The position numbers were made by a program, and so were the translations under genes. From an uncultured Chloroflexia bacterium (lineage in GTDB: Bacteria > Chloroflexota > Limnocylindria > Limnocylindrales > CSP1-4), in contig CAVTHS010000002.1 of NCBI GenBank assembly GCA_963734535.1, forward strand, positions 192,001 through 256,000: 64,000 bases of DNA, in the 5' to 3' direction. Each line of letters begins with the position of its first letter. Positions within the stretch are counted from its first letter, which is position 1. Positions 40,501-49,737 of this stretch are shown in pieces. The notes beneath the pieces were generated by a model, which did no database searches, had not been told where the DNA came from, and saw only the letters and a program-made list of their open reading frames with translations.

Positions 40501-43500
40501 ATCCGACGACCACGCTCCAGCCGCAGACCTACCGCTTCCGGGTCCTGAACGCATCCAACGACCGCGCCTGGAACCTCTCGTGGTACGTCGCTGACAACCA
40601 GACGCCAGGCCTCGATACCGAGGTCGCCCTCAAGGCGTCCGAGCTGGCCGCTGCGCAGACGGATCCCAACATCGTGCCGACTCCCGACACGACCCTCAGC
40701 CCCGAAGGCCCGAGCTGGATCCAGATCGGCGACGAGGGCGGCTTCCTGCCGGCTCCGACGGTCGTGAAGCCCCAGCCCACCACGTGGATCATCGACCCCA
40801 CCCGCTTCGACGTCGGCAATGTCGACAAGCACTCGCTGGTCCTGATGCCGGCCGAGCGCGGCGACGTGGTCGTCGACTTCAGCAAGTACGCGGGCAAGAC
40901 GCTCATCCTCTACAACGACGCCCCCGCTGCGTACCCCGGGCGCGTCGCGACCTACGACTACTACACCGGGATGCCCGACCTGGGCTCCGGCCAGGTGATC
41001 CCCGGCTACGGCCCGAATACGCGGACCGTCATGCAGGTCAGGATCGCCCCCGCGACTCCCGCCCCGGCGTTCAACCTGACGGCGCTCAACAACGCCTTCA
41101 AGCACCACGCTGACGGCTCCGGCGTCTTCGAGTCCTCCCAGGACCCGATCATCGTCGGCCAGGCTGCATACAACAGCGCCTATGGCACGTCCTTCGTGGC
41201 CAGCGGCGACTGCACCAGCCAGACCGCCACGAACAAGTGCGACGGCTTCGCACGGATCGCCCAGCAGGGCGGCCAGACGTTCCGCTTCGACACCCTCAAG
41301 GGCCCGCAGCAGAAGGTCCTGATCGAGCCAAAGGCACTTCACGACGAGATGAACTCAGCCTCATTCGACGAGTTCGGGCGGATGACGTCCAACCTCGGGC
41401 TCGAGGCCGTGCCGGCGACGCCGGCCGGGCAGAACATCCTGCTCTACCCGTATATCGCGCCGCCGACCGAGGTCATCGACGGGACCAACCTCCCGGTGGG
41501 TGACATCAACGTCCAGGCGATCAGCTCGGGCACCGACGGCACCCAGATCTGGAAGATCACGCACAACGGCGTCGACACGCACCCGATCCACTTCCACCTG
41601 TTCAACGTCCAGCTGATCAACCGGGTGACGTGGGACAACATCATCATCCCGCCGGAAGCGAGCGAGCTCGGTTGGAAGGAGACCGTCCGGACCAGCCCGC
41701 TCGAGGACACGATCGTCGCCGTGCGACCGATCACCCCGACGCTGCCGTTCGAGGTTCCGAACAGCATCCGGCCGCTCAGCCCGATGGATCCGCTCGGCGC
41801 CAACCTGGACCCGCAGGGGCTGATCGTTGACCCGCAGGGCAACATCTCGACCCTGACCAACGCGCTCGTCAACTTCGGTTGGGAGTACGTCTATCACTGC
41901 CACATCCTCAGCCACGAGGAGATGGACATGATGCGGCCGGTGCTCTATGCACTGCCGCCGCTCAAGGCGGACACGCTCGCCTTCGATCAGCCTACGAAGA
42001 CGCTGTCGTGGAACGACAACTCCATCACCGAGACGTCGTTCGTCGTGCAGAAGTCTCCTGACGGCATCGTGTGGGCGAACGTCGGTGCGCCCATCGACTC
42101 GCCGCTCGATCAGCCGAACATCCATCAGCCGCGGAGCCTGGTTGATCCGGCGTTCGACCCGAGTGTCCCGACCTACTATCGAGTCGTTGCCCTCAACACA
42201 GTGGGAGCGCTCGACTCGGCGACGACCGGGTACTCGAGCAAGACTGTCAAATCGTTCTCGGCAGCTCTGCTCGTTGGTCTCGCAACGACAACGACGCTGA
42301 CGAGTGACGGCAACCCGTCGCTTGTCGGCCAGAACGTGACGTTCACGGCGACCGTCACCGGCCCCGGTGTGGCCATCCCGACCGGCACGGTCCAGTTCAG
42401 CATCGACGGCACGAACGTCGGCACACCCGTCACGCTGAACGCTTCCGGCGTCGCGACGTACCCGACCAGCACATTGACCGCGGGGAGTCACCCGGTTGTT
42501 GCCACGTACAACGGCGTCCTGCCGTTTGGCGGCAGCAGCGGATCGCTGACACAAACGGTCAACCAGGCCGGCACGTCCACCGTCCTCGCCAGCAGCCTCA
42601 ACCCGTCCACGTTCGGCGATAGCGTGACCTTCACCGTCCAGGTGACCCAGCTTGCTGGCACCGTCGTGCCGACCGGCTCGATCAGCCTTGCGATCGACGG
42701 CACGCCAACCGTCATTCCGCTCGACGCGGCGGGCGTGGCGACGTTCTCCACTTCTGCGTTGGCGGTCGGACCGCACACCGTCACGGCCGACTACCCCGGC
42801 AACGCGGCGTTCACCGCGAGCGCAGCCACGCTGCCGACGCAAACCGTAAACCAGGTTGTCAGCACGACCATCGTGACCAGCAGCCTGAACCCGTCCGTGT
42901 TCGGCGACAGCGTGACGTTCACCGCCACGGTGACCCCGCTTGCGGCCACCGGCACCGTCGAGTTCTTCGACGGCATCACGAGCCTCGGCCTGCCGGTCGC
43001 TCTCACCGGCGGTGCCGCTTCGTTCTCCACGGCCGCCCTCATGCTCGGCGACCACCCGATCACCGCCGTCTACAGTGGTGACGTCAGCAACGCCGGCAGC
43101 ACGAGCGCCGTGCTCACGCAGTCGGTGATCCAGCTCGCGACCGCGACGAGCCTCGTGAGCAGCCTCAACCCCTCCGTCGTTGGCGACAGCGTGACATTCA
43201 CCGCCACGGTCAGCCCGTCCACGGCGACTGGCACGATGACATTCACGGTCGACTCCGTGGCGGTGACGGTGCCGGTCGTCGGTGGCCAGGCGGTGTTCGC
43301 CACGACCTCGATGGCGATCGGCAGCCACGCTGTCACCGCAGCCTACTCGGGAGACGCGAGGTTCCTCGCCAGCACGAGCCTCACGATCACGCAGGTTGTC
43401 GGGCCGTTCCTGCGACCCACGACCACCGTCGTCACGAGCAACCGGGTCCCGACGGCCAACCTCGGCCAGAACATCACCTTCACCGCAACCGTGCGGCCGG

Positions 43501-44297
43501 TGACCGGCACGGGTATACCGACGGGCACGGTCCAGTTCAACATCGACGGCGTGAACGTCGGTGCGCTGGTCACCCTCAACGCCCAGGGCCGAGCGACGTT
43601 CGCGATCGCGACGCTCGCAGCTGGTCCCCACAACGTGGTCGCGACCTACAACGCTTCGGCGGTCTTCGCCGGCAGCGGTAGCCTCGCCTATGTCCAGGTC
43701 GTCAACAGTGCGGCCACGACCACGGTCGTGACCAGCAATCGGAACCCATCGGCCTCCGGGCAGTCAGTCACGTTCACTGCGCGTGTCACGCCGGCGAATG
43801 GACCTGTCGCCACCGGAATCGTCCAGTTCTCGATCGACGGAGCACCCTTTGGTGCCCCGGTGACCCTCAACGCAACCGGGCGTGCAACGCTCGTCCTGAG
43901 CAGCCTCACGGTCGGGGCCCACACGGTCTCCGCCGCCTACCAGGGCAACGGAAGCGATCTGCCCAGCACAAGCGCCAACTTCACCCAGACGGTGAACAAG
44001 GCCACCAGCCGGACGGTCGTCACGACCAGCGGTACCCCGGCCACGCAGGCCACGCCAGCCACCCTCACGGCGACTGTGAGAGCAGTCGCCCCTGGAGCAG
44101 GCATTGCCACCGGCCTCGTTCAGGTCCGCGTCGATGGTGTGAACTTCGGGGCCGCTGTCGCCCTTGACGTCACGGGCAAGGCGACGATCTCGACCGCTGG
44201 CATCGCCATCGGCCGGCACACGATCACCGCCGTCTACGCTGGCGACGCCAGCTTCAACGGCAGCACAAGTGGCGGCATCACCCAGCGGATCAACTAG
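37572..44297 (+). CDS. Giant secreted multicopper oxidase with FN3-like domain and seven Ig-like (Big_3-type) repeats
   Basis: Signal peptide MMKRKLLALLAVLAL; four Cu motifs HLHG, YHDH, HPIHFH, HCHILSHEEMDM; LSWNDNS...YYRVVA; seven ~90-aa repeats. Confidence 0.9.
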   Translation: MMKRKLLALLAVLALCTTAAGPVVAKTALPAGASPASAVVSNAPAPVSPVDQTKVPHYFGPYPNWANSPLTLPDATVTISPTGAPAASMAVGNPLIARQYASDDTINTGSNTLGQGTVFVVIPGGLPAGTLTSFQTFVQNAPVSGLPSPGNTFNAYVLHPTSNPLVANEYSIVYDSGPQLVPAMADGVATFAVAGTPTVAAGDVLAFYGQGIPLDVVGADLVGYPVAAAPTSPFSTDTLPQIAGRTYSFGATIQLPAGAAPGAGATADATVGANGAVTGLTITNPGHDYTAATVAIDSSSGTGATASAVVQTSGVVTGVAVDVAGGRYAAPSVAFSGGGATTDATGHVLGGVDAVNLSVQGEGYTFPTVDFDLPDDPAGVQASGHAVCVEVNCAPAASGTFVTVTGVAVDNAGSGYFAAPNVIIRDGTVFDPINPPASFVAATGTATLKVLSVALDTFGAGYTSAPAVTFADTGAGTGAHAVATTDFGAVIALHLLTPGSGYITPGGIKKFVDGLPGLTPAGVNNLGQYIPVAQPDTTTFAGIGTGADYYVIAVVQHREQMSSSLPATGSLLREYVQLSTSTVPGKHVALMQDNLTGPQTPILMPDGSQAYGVDDPHYLGPTIVASKDHAVRIVFYNLLPKGADGNLFLPTDTTLMGSGMGPMDMPMASPTNDGTVTDGVRNPVCTDNPQDPSCFTQNRATLHLHGGVTPWISDGTPHQWITPANETTAWPQGVSVQNVPDMVGAAAPAGVPDCTAANDGCLTFYYTNQQSARLMFYHDHAWGITRLNVYAGEAAGYVLTDPTEQKLLSSTGPLAGMGEGIPLVIQDKTFVPSAAQLAGQDPTWDASQWGGYGNLWYHHVYMPAQNPASPSGMSAFGRWFYGPWFWPPATPVNGPIANPYYQMDPAGPDGVIGAPGSPAAADDFTTPLATPCALDNPATWQYQVEPFCEPATIPGTPNESVGMEQFNDTPLVNGTAYPTTTLQPQTYRFRVLNASNDRAWNLSWYVADNQTPGLDTEVALKASELAAAQTDPNIVPTPDTTLSPEGPSWIQIGDEGGFLPAPTVVKPQPTTWIIDPTRFDVGNVDKHSLVLMPAERGDVVVDFSKYAGKTLILYNDAPAAYPGRVATYDYYTGMPDLGSGQVIPGYGPNTRTVMQVRIAPATPAPAFNLTALNNAFKHHADGSGVFESSQDPIIVGQAAYNSAYGTSFVASGDCTSQTATNKCDGFARIAQQGGQTFRFDTLKGPQQKVLIEPKALHDEMNSASFDEFGRMTSNLGLEAVPATPAGQNILLYPYIAPPTEVIDGTNLPVGDINVQAISSGTDGTQIWKITHNGVDTHPIHFHLFNVQLINRVTWDNIIIPPEASELGWKETVRTSPLEDTIVAVRPITPTLPFEVPNSIRPLSPMDPLGANLDPQGLIVDPQGNISTLTNALVNFGWEYVYHCHILSHEEMDMMRPVLYALPPLKADTLAFDQPTKTLSWNDNSITETSFVVQKSPDGIVWANVGAPIDSPLDQPNIHQPRSLVDPAFDPSVPTYYRVVALNTVGALDSATTGYSSKTVKSFSAALLVGLATTTTLTSDGNPSLVGQNVTFTATVTGPGVAIPTGTVQFSIDGTNVGTPVTLNASGVATYPTSTLTAGSHPVVATYNGVLPFGGSSGSLTQTVNQAGTSTVLASSLNPSTFGDSVTFTVQVTQLAGTVVPTGSISLAIDGTPTVIPLDAAGVATFSTSALAVGPHTVTADYPGNAAFTASAATLPTQTVNQVVSTTIVTSSLNPSVFGDSVTFTATVTPLAATGTVEFFDGITSLGLPVALTGGAASFSTAALMLGDHPITAVYSGDVSNAGSTSAVLTQSVIQLATATSLVSSLNPSVVGDSVTFTATVSPSTATGTMTFTVDSVAVTVPVVGGQAVFATTSMAIGSHAVTAAYSGDARFLASTSLTITQVVGPFLRPTTTVVTSNRVPTANLGQNITFTATVRPVTGTGIPTGTVQFNIDGVNVGALVTLNAQGRATFAIATLAAGPHNVVATYNASAVFAGSGSLAYVQVVNSAATTTVVTSNRNPSASGQSVTFTARVTPANGPVATGIVQFSIDGAPFGAPVTLNATGRATLVLSSLTVGAHTVSAAYQGNGSDLPSTSANFTQTVNKATSRTVVTTSGTPATQATPATLTATVRAVAPGAGIATGLVQVRVDGVNFGAAVALDVTGKATISTAGIAIGRHTITAVYAGDASFNGSTSGGITQRIN
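42282..44294 (+). repeat. Seven tandem Ig-like domain repeats within the oxidase gene
   Basis: Recurring T..TSS.NPS..G.SVTFTATV...G.VQF.IDG...G.H.V.A.Y.G...Q.V. Confidence 0.88.
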
Positions 44298-44308
44298 CCC
44301 GCCAACAC

Positions 44309-44344
44309 GGGTTCTGCCCGCCGCCCCAAGGGCGGGCAGAACCC
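44309..44344 (+). terminator. Hairpin after the oxidase gene
   Basis: GGGTTCTGCCCGCC-N8-GGCGGGCAGAACCC, 14-bp stem just after the stop codon. Confidence 0.65.
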
Positions 44345-44820
44345 CACGTTCCCAGGCAGGACCGCGCCTCGAGACCGCATCTCCGACCCCAGTTCGGTTT
44401 GACCATCAAGCATGCGGCCCACCTCGATCAGAGGTGGGCCGTCCCCAACCTCGGCGTTCTCGATCGTCCCTCGGGTCGTCGCCCAAGTCGTGGTCAACTC
44501 TCTTCGCTCCAGTTCGACAGCTCGTCACTGGACGACGACTTCGACCGCGTCGTGATCCCGAGCCCGCAGCCATTCGGCATCCGTGTGATGTTCACCGAGT
44601 CGGCATCGGGACTGTGCCAGGCGCCTCGGTCGTCATCTGGCGCCCGAGTCCCAGGTCACGCTGGAGGGGCGGACGCTGACGAGGGTGGCCAACAGCCAAG
44701 GTACGGCCGTGTCTCCTCGAAGCCGCGGGCGGCGTCGCGTTCCAAATCGAGACGAGAGACGAGATCCTCGCGTCGAAGGTTCTTCCGCTCCTCGTTAGGG
44801 CGGGCCCGCGAGCAGCTCGT

Positions 44821-45354
44821 TCAGCCCCCGCCGAACCGCCAGCGCGTGGCGTCGGCCGGGAAGCTGGACCAGCCGAAGACGATATCGGGCGTCACGGCCC
44901 ATATCCCCCCGTCCGGGCTCGACCAGCCGGCCGGGTCCACGACGTACCTTCGAGGCGGCCGGGCGTACTTGGCGAACGCGGCGACCAGGTCCTCGGTCAG
45001 CCCGTCGGGCGCGGCGGCAAGACGGGCGCACGTCCCCTCCACGACGACCGCGCCGTCGCCGGGCAGCTCGATCCCGACGGAGATCGCGGGATTCGCCTCG
45101 ATGTTGCGCGCACGGCGGGTGAGCCGTCCGCCCTCGAACCAGAGCCGGCCCGCGCACCAGGCCGCCCAGATGGGCATCGCGTGCGGTCGCCCGTCAGGGC
45201 GCGTCGTCGCGACCCAGTAGGTCTCCGCAGCGGCGAGGTGCGCCTCCGCCCATGACCACGCGAGCGTTCCCTCGAGCGTGCCGGGGATCCCGTACGTGGG
45301 CACGTCGGGACGCTCGACGATCGGCGGCTCGATCGGCGGGAACGCCTCGCTCAC
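44821..45354 (-). CDS. Pyridoxamine 5'-phosphate oxidase-like (PPOX) protein
   Basis: YWVATTRPDGRPHAMPIW, RNIEANP, VVVEG. Confidence 0.85.
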   Translation of the reverse strand: MSEAFPPIEPPIVERPDVPTYGIPGTLEGTLAWSWAEAHLAAAETYWVATTRPDGRPHAMPIWAAWCAGRLWFEGGRLTRRARNIEANPAISVGIELPGDGAVVVEGTCARLAAAPDGLTEDLVAAFAKYARPPRRYVVDPAGWSSPDGGIWAVTPDIVFGWSSFPADATRWRFGGG

Positions 45355-46373
45355 GCCGAGATCACGCTCCGCATGATCTGCTCGAGCTTCTCGCGCGCCT
45401 CCGGCTGGACGACGCCGGCGGCATCGAGCTCGGCGATCGCCTCGTCACGCCAGCGGCGCGCCTCCCCGCGCGTGTAGTCCTGGGCGCCGGTGCGGTCCAC
45501 GATCGCCATGGCCTGGGCGATCTGGCCCGCGGTCGGGTCGGGGTCCGCGTAGAAACCGAGCAGGCGCGCCCGGTCGTCCGCCGTCGCGTGCTCCAGCGCA
45601 TAGATGACGGGGAGCGTCTTCTTGTGCTTCGCGAGGTCGGACGGCTCCTTGCCGGTCGCCTGCTCGCGGCCCCAGATCCCCAGGAGGTCGTCGTTGAGCT
45701 GGAAGGCGAGGCCCAGTGCCCAGCCGAACTGGCGGTACCGCGTGATCACGGCCTCGTCGTCGGTCGCAAGCAGGGCACCCGCCTCGATGCTCGCCGAGAT
45801 GAGCGCCGCGGTCTTGCGCCCGATCATGTCGAAGTAGAGGTCGACGGTCATCGCGGTGTCGTGCTCGCTCGTCCAGATGTCGATGTACTGGCCCTCGCAC
45901 AGCGCCAGGCAGGTCTCGTCGTAGAGCCGCATGAGGCGAAGCACCGTGGAATCGGAGAACCCGAGCGACGTCAGCCGGTGGAGCGCGATCCTCGAGAGCA
46001 CGAAGACGGCGTCACCGGTGTTGATGGCCTGTGGGATGCCATGCACCGCCCAGAGGGTCGCCCGGTGGCGCCGTTCGCGGTCACCGTCCTCGATGTCGTC
46101 GTGGATAAGGCTGAAGTTGTGGCCCAGCTCCACGGCCGCCGCGCCAGGCAGCGCGCGCTGCCAGGTGCCGGTGATGGAGGCGAAGGCGAGGAGGCCCAGG
46201 AGCGGCCGCAGCCGCTTGCCGGTGGACCCGGAGCCATCGAGGCCCATGTGGTAGCGGACCATCTCGTACATCCCGTGCGTGGTCGGATCGCGATCCACGA
46301 CGAGGCGCAGGATCTCGTCCTCGACGGCGCCGATCAGCTCCGGGAGGTCGAGGGACGCGGGGGAGGTGGGCAC
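45351..46373 (-). CDS. Short-chain polyprenyl diphosphate synthase (GGPPS-like)
   Basis: GKRLRP, NFSLIHDDIED (Phe five residues before the first Asp-rich motif), GQYID, AFQLNDDLLG. Confidence 0.93.
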   Translation of the reverse strand: MPTSPASLDLPELIGAVEDEILRLVVDRDPTTHGMYEMVRYHMGLDGSGSTGKRLRPLLGLLAFASITGTWQRALPGAAAVELGHNFSLIHDDIEDGDRERRHRATLWAVHGIPQAINTGDAVFVLSRIALHRLTSLGFSDSTVLRLMRLYDETCLALCEGQYIDIWTSEHDTAMTVDLYFDMIGRKTAALISASIEAGALLATDDEAVITRYRQFGWALGLAFQLNDDLLGIWGREQATGKEPSDLAKHKKTLPVIYALEHATADDRARLLGFYADPDPTAGQIAQAMAIVDRTGAQDYTRGEARRWRDEAIAELDAAGVVQPEAREKLEQIMRSVISA

Positions 46374-46495
46374 GGGCAGGATGATAGCAACCTCGACTGG
46401 TGCGGCCGTCTCGGGGCGGGTTGTCGTGCGCGACCCGGCTGGTCCTGGCGATGGGTCTTCGTGCCGGCGGCGCGGGCGGATGGTACCGTGCGGAG

Positions 46496-47414
46496 GTGCC
46501 CGGCCGTCGCCTGTACGTCACCGACGCGATCGTCCTCTCGCGCTTCGACTTCGGCGAGGCGGACCGGATCATGACGCTCCTCACGCCGGAGCTCGGGAAG
46601 ATCAAGGCGATCGCGAAAGGGATCCGGCGCCCGACGAGCCGGATCGGTGGGGCCCTGGAGCCATTGGCGGAGCTGCGAATCCAGCTGGCCCGGGGGCGCA
46701 CGTTCGACGTGGTCACGCAGGTCACCATGCAGCACACGTGGCTGGGCCTGCGGGACCGGCTGGAGGTGACCGCTACGGCGTGGTACTGCGCGGAGCTCGC
46801 GGAGCGCTCGCTCGAGGAGCGGCACGCGGCCCTGCCCGTCTACCTGCTGCTGCGCCGCACGTACGAGCTGCTCGATGCGGGGATGTCGCCCGCCCGGGTT
46901 GCGCGCTGGTTCGAGATGCGGCTGTGCGACGAGCTCGGGGTGCGGCCGGAGGTGGACCGCTGCGTCGAGTGCGACCGGCTCCTCGCGCCGGAAGACACCG
47001 TGCGCTGGGTTCCTCCGCTCGGCGGCGTCCTCTGCGCCGATCACGCCGGGCCCTACGGCGATGGCCGCCGGCCTCTCGACCGAGGCGCTCAAGGTGCTCA
47101 AGGCGTACCAGCGCATGGATGTCGAGGCGATCGCCGGCCTCCGCCTGCCACCCGCGGTGGAGCGCGAGGTCGAGGATCGGCTGGGAACGTTCGTGCGCCA
47201 CGTGATGGAGCGCGACGTCAGGTCGCGACGGTTCCTCGAGGAGGTGAAGGCCGGCTACGGGGAGCCGGCGGTCGCGTTCGCCCCGGCGCGGCCGGCGGAG
47301 CGGGGAGTCGTGCCCGCTACGGTCGGACCGGCGCCGCGGACGACGCCCGCGACCGCGTCGACGGTGCTGCCGGTGGCCGCGCCCTCGCCGGCGCCGTCGG
47401 GACGTTCCCGATGA
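46496..47414 (+). CDS. recO: DNA repair protein RecO with apparent +1 frameshift near 47051
   Basis: AIVLSRFDFGEADRIMTLLT..GKIKAIAKGIRR, CVEC, GGVLC; the RecO-like C-terminus (LERDVRSRRFL type) is in the next frame. Confidence 0.9.
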
Positions 47415-47830
47415 TCGACCTCGCGACGGAGGCCGGCGCGCGCGCGGCGTCGCGCCTTCGGGACGAGCTCATCCTCTGGCTGACGACCGTGACCCCGGCC
47501 GGCCAGCCGCAGGCCTCGCCGGTCTGGTTCCTGTGGGTCGACGACGAGATACTCCTCTACAGCCGGTCGGACACGCCGCGGCCCGAGAACATCCGCGCGA
47601 ACCCGCGCGTGGCTGCGAACCTCGACTCCGACGGCGAGGGCGGGGACGTCGTCTCGATCGAGGGTGACGCACGGGTCGTCCACGAGCACGCCGTCGAGGC
47701 CGACGTACCGCCGGCATACGTGGAGAAGTACGCAGCGCAGGTGGCGGCGAACGGCTGGACGATGGCGAGCTTCCTCGTCGACTACCCGGTGGAGATCCGG
47801 ATCCGGCCGACCCGCGTTCGCGCCTGGTAG
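47411..47830 (+). CDS. PPOX-class (possibly F420-dependent) oxidoreductase
   Basis: LWLTTVTPAGQPQASPVWF, NIRANPRV, IRPTRVRAW. Confidence 0.85.
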   Translation: MIDLATEAGARAASRLRDELILWLTTVTPAGQPQASPVWFLWVDDEILLYSRSDTPRPENIRANPRVAANLDSDGEGGDVVSIEGDARVVHEHAVEADVPPAYVEKYAAQVAANGWTMASFLVDYPVEIRIRPTRVRAW

Positions 47831-47891
47831 GAGTCGGCCCCGGACCGGTCCTCCGGACCGTGGGCGCGCATCGTGCCCGGAGCCGGCACTG

Positions 47892-47920
47892 CGTCCCAGC
47901 GCGCGGGGCGCGCTGGGACG
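47892..47920. terminator. 13-bp hairpin between the PPOX gene and glyQS
   Basis: CGTCCCAGCGCGC-GGG-GCGCGCTGGGACG; no U-tract. Confidence 0.45.
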
Positions 47921-48015
47921 AGGCGTCCCGGGGGCCACCCGAACGTCTGGTACGATCCGCGGGACCGTCCTCCCGTCCGCGCATGCCACGCGCGGGCCCC
48001 TCGTGGAGCTGCCCC

Positions 48016-49434
48016 GTGACCGAACCCCAGCCCGACCCGAACGCCGTCGCGCCTTCCGTCGCGAACCTCGACGTCATCGTGAGCCTGGCGAAGCGCCGCG
48101 GCTTCGTCTTCCCCTCGTCGGAGATCTACGGCGGGATCAACGCCGTCTGGGACTACGGGCCGCTCGGTGTCGAGCTCAAGAACAACGTCAAGCGCGCCTG
48201 GTGGCGGGCCATGGTCCAGGAGCGTGACGACGTGGTTGGCGTCGACGCCGGGATCCTCATGCATCCGCAGGTGTGGGTGACCTCCGGCCACGTCGGGTCG
48301 TTCAGCGATCCGCTCGTGGAATGCGCCTCCTGCCGGCGACGCTACCGGCTCGACGAGCTGCCCGGCGCGGAGGAGCTCAGCCAGACCGACATCAAGGACC
48401 CGGAGATCGTCGACCGCCTGAAGCTGACCTGTCCGGCCGACGGCGGGAAGCTCTCGGCGCCGCGGCGCTTCAACCTGATGTTCAAGACGTACATGGGACC
48501 GGTCGAGGACGAGGCGGCGATCGTCTACCTCCGCCCGGAGACGGCCCAGGGCAGCTACGTCAACTTCAAGAACGTGCGTGAATCGACCCGCAAGAAGCTC
48601 CCCTTCGGGATCGCCCAGATCGGGAAGAGCTTCCGCAACGAGATCAGCCCGGGCAACTTCGTGTTCCGGATGCGCGAGTTCGAGCAGATGGAGATGCAGT
48701 ACTTCGTCCGGCCGGGCGAGGGCGCCGCGACCGCGTTCGAGGAGTGGCTTCCGAAGCGCATGGCCTGGTACGAGGCCTACGGCGTCACTCGCTCCCGCCT
48801 GCGCTTCCGCGAGCACGCGCCCGACGAGCTGGCGCACTACGCGAAGAAGGCGATCGACGTCGAGTACCGGTTCCCATTCGGCTGGAAGGAGCTCGAGGGG
48901 ATCCACAACCGCGGCGAATGGGACCTTGGCAACCACGCGAAGGCCTCCGGCGAGAACCTGGAGTACTTCGACCCGGCGACGGACGAGCATTTCATCCCCT
49001 GGGTCGTCGAGACGGCGGCCGGTGCCGATCGCGCCGCGTTCACCTTCCTGATCGATGCCTATCGCGAGGAGGAGGTCCGCGGCGAGAAGCGGGTCGTGCT
49101 TGGAATCCACCCGGACCTCGCGCCGTACAAGGTCGCCGTGCTGCCGCTCCTCAAGAAGCGGCCCGAGATCGTGGAGCTGTGCCACCGGATCAAGGACGAT
49201 CTCAAGCGGCAGACGATGGCCGTCTACGACGACACGGCCGCGATCGGCAAGCTCTACCGCCGCCAGGACGAGATCGGCACGCCGTGGTGCGTCACGGTCG
49301 ACGTGGACTCGCTCGAGGACGGCAACGTCACGGTCCGCGACCGCGATGCGATGACGCAGGAGCGGATCTCGGCCGGCCAGGTCACCCGTTACATCACCGA
49401 CAAGCTCGACGAGGCGCGGCCCCGGGGCCTGTAG
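48016..49434 (+). CDS. glyQS: Glycine-tRNA ligase, homodimeric (alpha2) type
   Basis: KRRGFVFPSSEIYGG, YLRPETAQG, GKSFRNEI, REFEQME, IGKLYRRQDEIGTP. Confidence 0.97.
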   Translation: MTEPQPDPNAVAPSVANLDVIVSLAKRRGFVFPSSEIYGGINAVWDYGPLGVELKNNVKRAWWRAMVQERDDVVGVDAGILMHPQVWVTSGHVGSFSDPLVECASCRRRYRLDELPGAEELSQTDIKDPEIVDRLKLTCPADGGKLSAPRRFNLMFKTYMGPVEDEAAIVYLRPETAQGSYVNFKNVRESTRKKLPFGIAQIGKSFRNEISPGNFVFRMREFEQMEMQYFVRPGEGAATAFEEWLPKRMAWYEAYGVTRSRLRFREHAPDELAHYAKKAIDVEYRFPFGWKELEGIHNRGEWDLGNHAKASGENLEYFDPATDEHFIPWVVETAAGADRAAFTFLIDAYREEEVRGEKRVVLGIHPDLAPYKVAVLPLLKKRPEIVELCHRIKDDLKRQTMAVYDDTAAIGKLYRRQDEIGTPWCVTVDVDSLEDGNVTVRDRDAMTQERISAGQVTRYITDKLDEARPRGL

Positions 49435-49537
49435 CCCAGCGCCGGGCAGGTCTCCCGGGGGAGCGGCACAGCGCGGTTCGAGGTCCGGGCCACGAAGGTC
49501 GGTCGGCGCCGGGGCGGACCTGGCGCCCGTGTCGGCA

Positions 49538-49737
49538 CGCGTAAGGACGCGATACGCGACGCCGACGAGGATTCCCGACGCGGCATCGCGCGTACGCGCT
49601 GGGTACGCGGCAACGGCCAGGATTCCCGAACGTGGCATCGCGCGTAAGCGCTGGGTACGCGGCAACGGCCAGGATTCCCGACGTGGCATCGCGCGTAAGC
49701 GCTGGGTACGCGGCAACGGCCAGGATTCCCGACGTGG
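49538..49737 (+). repeat. Left tandem array, 51-bp period
   Basis: Unit AGGATTCCCGACGTGGCATCGCGCGTAAGCGCTGGGTACGCGGCAACGGCC at 49568, 49619 (52 nt) and 49671, partial at 49722, and a degenerate copy upstream. Confidence 0.95.

Noticed and set aside
44399-45220. 273-aa plus-strand ORF
   Set aside because: No recognisable motif, TTG start, and half of it is antisense to the PPOX gene.
46400-47830. RecO-PPOX fusion protein
   Set aside because: Produced by the frameshift near 47051. RecO's real C-terminus is in another frame and stops at 47414, overlapping the PPOX ATG.
47831-48015. T-box riboswitch upstream of glyQS
   Set aside because: A candidate -10 (TGGTACGAT, 47948-47956) leaves a leader of only ~55 nt, and no T-box motif is visible.
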